From Octopus sinensis (Eukaryota), in contig NW_021827616.1 in NCBI RefSeq assembly GCF_006345805.1, forward strand, positions 1 through 10,280: 10,280 nucleotides of DNA, read 5' to 3'. This document shows positions 7,576 to 10,280 of this stretch, in pieces. Within the stretch, counting starts at the first letter, position 1. Every line of letters starts with the position of its first letter. The notes under the pieces were generated by a model. The model was given only the letters and a program-made list of their open reading frames with translations. It did not search any database and had not been told where the DNA came from. The translations under genes were made by a program, and so were the position numbers.

Positions 7576-7995
7576 ATAGTGATATCGGTATATTATGTTG
7601 AGTAAAATACATATACGCATATGTGTGTGTGTGTGAGTGTAAAATATAGTATAATTATAAACGAGGAAAATTTTAACCATTTCTCTGCCGAATGAAAAAC
7701 ACGATGAACAAACTTAATTGATTTTTGATGGGTTCTCATCAGAGGCATCCACATCATTATAACAGTCTCCAGAGCAACAAGCAACCAAACTGTTTATATA
7801 CTCAACAAATGCAGCAGTTACTCTAAGTAGGAGTCCCTAATTTGCATACCGAAAGTGTTTAACACACTATAAATACCACCGGCCTGTGAACGGGGGTCTT
7901 AGTCCACAGAGTACCAAGGTTTGATATATATATATATATATATATATAACATGTGGTACAATTATATATAGGGTAAATTTTAACCATTTCTCTGC

Positions 7996-8372
7996 AGATT
8001 CAGTTTTCGAAATGTTTTGTTTAGTACAGGGAGCCCACAGTGGGCAGCAGTATTCGTGGTGTAGCCGTACAAAGGAGAAGAAAAGAGGAATGATGACAAC
8101 TTGTTCTCCGGTCCGGATTGTTCTTAGGGTCAAGGAGCTCATCCTACGAGATATATCGATCTTATTGCGGGTACTCCAGCTGGGATTGAAGTCAAGATAT
8201 ATGACAATTGATTTCGAACGTGATCTCAAGGCTTTAAGGACATCATCGATGTGGCGTAAGAGCTGTGTTAGACAGTCACTGCCATTCCGAAAGCCATGCT
8301 GGTTTGAATTTTGGAGATTGTGTCTCACCAGGGAGCCAACTAGCCTTGATCTCACCACGCTTTGAAACACTT
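7996..8372 (-). pseudogene. CR1/L2/Jockey-group LINE ORF2 (RT) fragment with an internal deletion of the catalytic core
   Basis: Within ORF 7867..8370(-): NQHGFRNGSDCLTQLL...VIYLDF (N-terminal RT motifs) is fused in frame to NPSWS...ISRRMSSLTLRT...FVRLHHEYCCPLWAP..KQNISKTES (post-RT/thumb region). The usual SKAFD, QGS and YADD motifs are absent. Confidence 0.85.
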
Positions 8373-8394
8373 TAATGATATTACATTTATACTC

Positions 8395-8643
8395 ACATGC
8401 TCATTTATAAATATATGAATGAATTTATATATCTATCAATGAATATATGTATGTATATATATGTATATATGTATATACATACATATATTTATATATATAT
8501 ATACATATATATATATATGTATATACATACAGATAAATATATATACATAATAGATATATATATATGTATATATATAGTATACAGATATAGATATATACAT
8601 ATATTATATATATATATATATGTATACATATATATGGATATAT

Positions 8644-8682
<39 letters not shown>

Positions 8683-8855
8683 TGTATATACATATATAGT
8701 ATACATATATATGTATGTACATATATATATACATACATATATATATACATGTATATATACATACATATATATAGGTATATACATACATATTTATATGATT
8801 ATACATATATTATATAGTATAATATATATGCATAGATATATATAGATTACATATC

Positions 8856-8886
<31 letters not shown>

Positions 8887-8915
8887 ATATATAATATAAT
8901 ATATATATATATATA
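8395..8915. repeat. Long imperfect (TA)n/(TACA)n microsatellite
   Basis: Directly visible; source of four spurious ORFs. Confidence 0.95.
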
Positions 8916-9162
8916 CTTTGTTCCTGCTTCATACCTATGTCTATGAATTTCTCACATCCAAACGCAATCATGGCATCACACCATTTCCGTGTGTAACACT
9001 ACCTTGAGTCAATCGTAATAACTTTCACAAACTCACAATTATGGGTCCTAATTTATGATTTTCCTATTACATGTTTCTCCTTTACATACTAACATTTTCA
9101 TTTCTATACATCCCTCTCTTTATATAGACATGCACACCTGTATACACAATCTCACTCCACAC

Positions 9163-9172
9163 TGCATTTATA

Positions 9173-9217
<45 letters not shown>

Positions 9218-9778
9218 TATACCTTATGATATGTTTATTTGAAGGTATGTATGTATGTAGGTAGGTATGGAGATAGGTAGATTGATGCATCAATGAATGG
9301 ATGGGAAAGACAGATTGATATGTATTTTTAGAAATTTATATTTATATAATATACATTTACATATATTTTTCACAGTTCCTCGCAATTGGTTTCCATTATA
9401 TTTATTTATATACTAGTGTAAATGAGTATGTGTGTGTTGAACGTGTGGTTAAATGTTATTGCATGTATGTATATGTGTGAATGTATGATAAAAAAAATAC
9501 ATGTATATATAAATATATAAATATGTATATATATGTACGTATATATGTGTGTCTGTCTGTGTTTATATACAAATATGTAAATATCAGCACATAAATATAT
9601 TGCATTTATAGGCATGGATAAATATATATACATATACATATGTATATGTAAAGATAAAGAGAGAAGCTAGGAGAGAAATAGGCTTAAACGATTGGTAACC
9701 TGGAGAAACATATCAAATTATATATTACATATATATATATATATATATTAAAGTAAACATATCTATACATATATATTT
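9163..9778. repeat. Several (TA)n/(TG)n/(ATGT)n low-complexity tracts (about 9163-9220, 9235-9270, 9465-9650, 9718-9778)
   Basis: Directly visible. Confidence 0.85.
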
Positions 9779-9951
9779 TATCAGTCCCCTCCTTGGACAG
9801 AGTTTCATATTTCCTACAGGCCCATGATATTTGCAAGTATATATATGTATGTGTGTATCACACACCCACATATAATAATAATAACGACTAAAACAACAAC
9901 ATTATTTACATTATTTACATTCGACAGATATTTATCCTCATCTTGTTTGTT

Positions 9952-9997
9952 AACATAACGTTTCGGCTGATATACTCTCCAGCCTTCTTCAGGTGTC
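9952..9997 (-). ncRNA. Minimal type I hammerhead motif (PLE-type, palindromic helix III)
   Basis: GACAC CUGAAGA (9992-9986) A GGCUGG-AGAGUAUA-UCAGCC GAAA (9964-9961) C GUU| AUGUU. Helix III is the palindrome AACGUU and the predicted site is 9957|9956. The first stem I pair is an A.C mismatch in this copy. Confidence 0.7.
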
Positions 9998-10038
9998 TTG
10001 GCGAAATTTCGAACCTGGATTATCATTCCTAAGTTAAA

Positions 10039-10073
10039 ATATTATTATTATTATTATTATTATTATATTATTA

Positions 10074-10110
<37 letters not shown>

Positions 10111-10122
10111 GTTGTTGTTGTT
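10039..10122. repeat. (ATT)n + (GTT)4 microsatellite
   Basis: Directly visible, between the ORF remnant and the pLTR of the second PLE. Confidence 0.95.
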
Positions 10123-10280
10123 CCCATATGCTGCTCATATCTGCACTCGGTCTGCTTAGGGGTTGTTGTGTCCTAGCATATGTGCTGCTTCTTTTAGTTT
10201 TCGTATTTTCCAGTGGTGCTCTCTGTCTATTATTTTTAACTTCCTCCCACGAGGGGTGTCTCCATTTTCTCATACATGAT

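Larger units (their letters stand above)
9895..10280 (-). mobile_element. 3' end of a second Penelope-like family (ORF C-terminus + pLTR), running off the window
   Basis: 10280-10121(-) translates, with 1-nt slips, as H..ENGD..SWEEVK-IIDREHHWKIRKLKEAAHMLGHNN-LSRPSADMSSIWE. This resembles the C-terminal part of a Penelope/Poseidon-type GIY-YIG domain (WxxVKII..E..W..R..KEA). It is followed by a microsatellite and a ~140-bp non-coding segment with a minimal HHR and an (AATGTAAAT)2 tail. Confidence 0.75.

Noticed and set aside
7700-7742. Minus-strand CTGATGA followed by GAAC...GTTC
   Set aside because: The stem is followed by AUCG rather than GAAA, so the core is incomplete.
1485-9639. Numerous Y/I/M/C/H/T-rich ORFs in the ORF track (e.g. 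1535-1882, 2172-2402, 3626-3862, 8397-8817, 9406-9639)
   Set aside because: They are translations of (TA)n/(CATA)n/(CA)n microsatellites that lack stop codons by chance.
9800-9840. Strong-looking plus-strand acceptor TTTCATATTTCCTACAG
   Set aside because: The next GT gives only a 17-nt exon running into microsatellite, with no other support.
10003-10016. GGTTCGAAAT B-box-like sequence on the minus strand upstream of the minimal HHR
   Set aside because: Imperfect match and no convincing A box at the proper spacing.

Overview
AT-rich, microsatellite-dense eukaryotic DNA, most likely intergenic or intronic. The repeat landscape resembles a cephalopod (Octopus-like) genome, but that is inference. 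No intact protein-coding gene is supported; almost all ORF-track entries are microsatellite or repeat artefacts. The window is a cluster of retroelements sitting in microsatellites, with main bodies on the minus strand. (1) A ~520-bp non-autonomous RTE-like element at 1121-1642. (2) A ~2.6-copy tandem array of a non-coding, highly structured ~487-bp unit at 3987-5248; its complete units carry a type I hammerhead ribozyme (HHR), i.e. a retrozyme-like, potentially circRNA-producing element. (3) A directly adjacent 5'-truncated Penelope-like element (RT + GIY-YIG, frameshifted) with an inverted pseudo-LTR and degenerate HHR motifs in both arms, 5263-7363. (4) An internally deleted CR1/L2-type RT fragment at 7996-8372. 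(5) The 3' end of a second Penelope-like family with a minimal HHR at 9895-10280. The most notable signal is the HHR tandem array, with an unusual branched helix II, abutting a Penelope-like element that could be its mobilizing partner.
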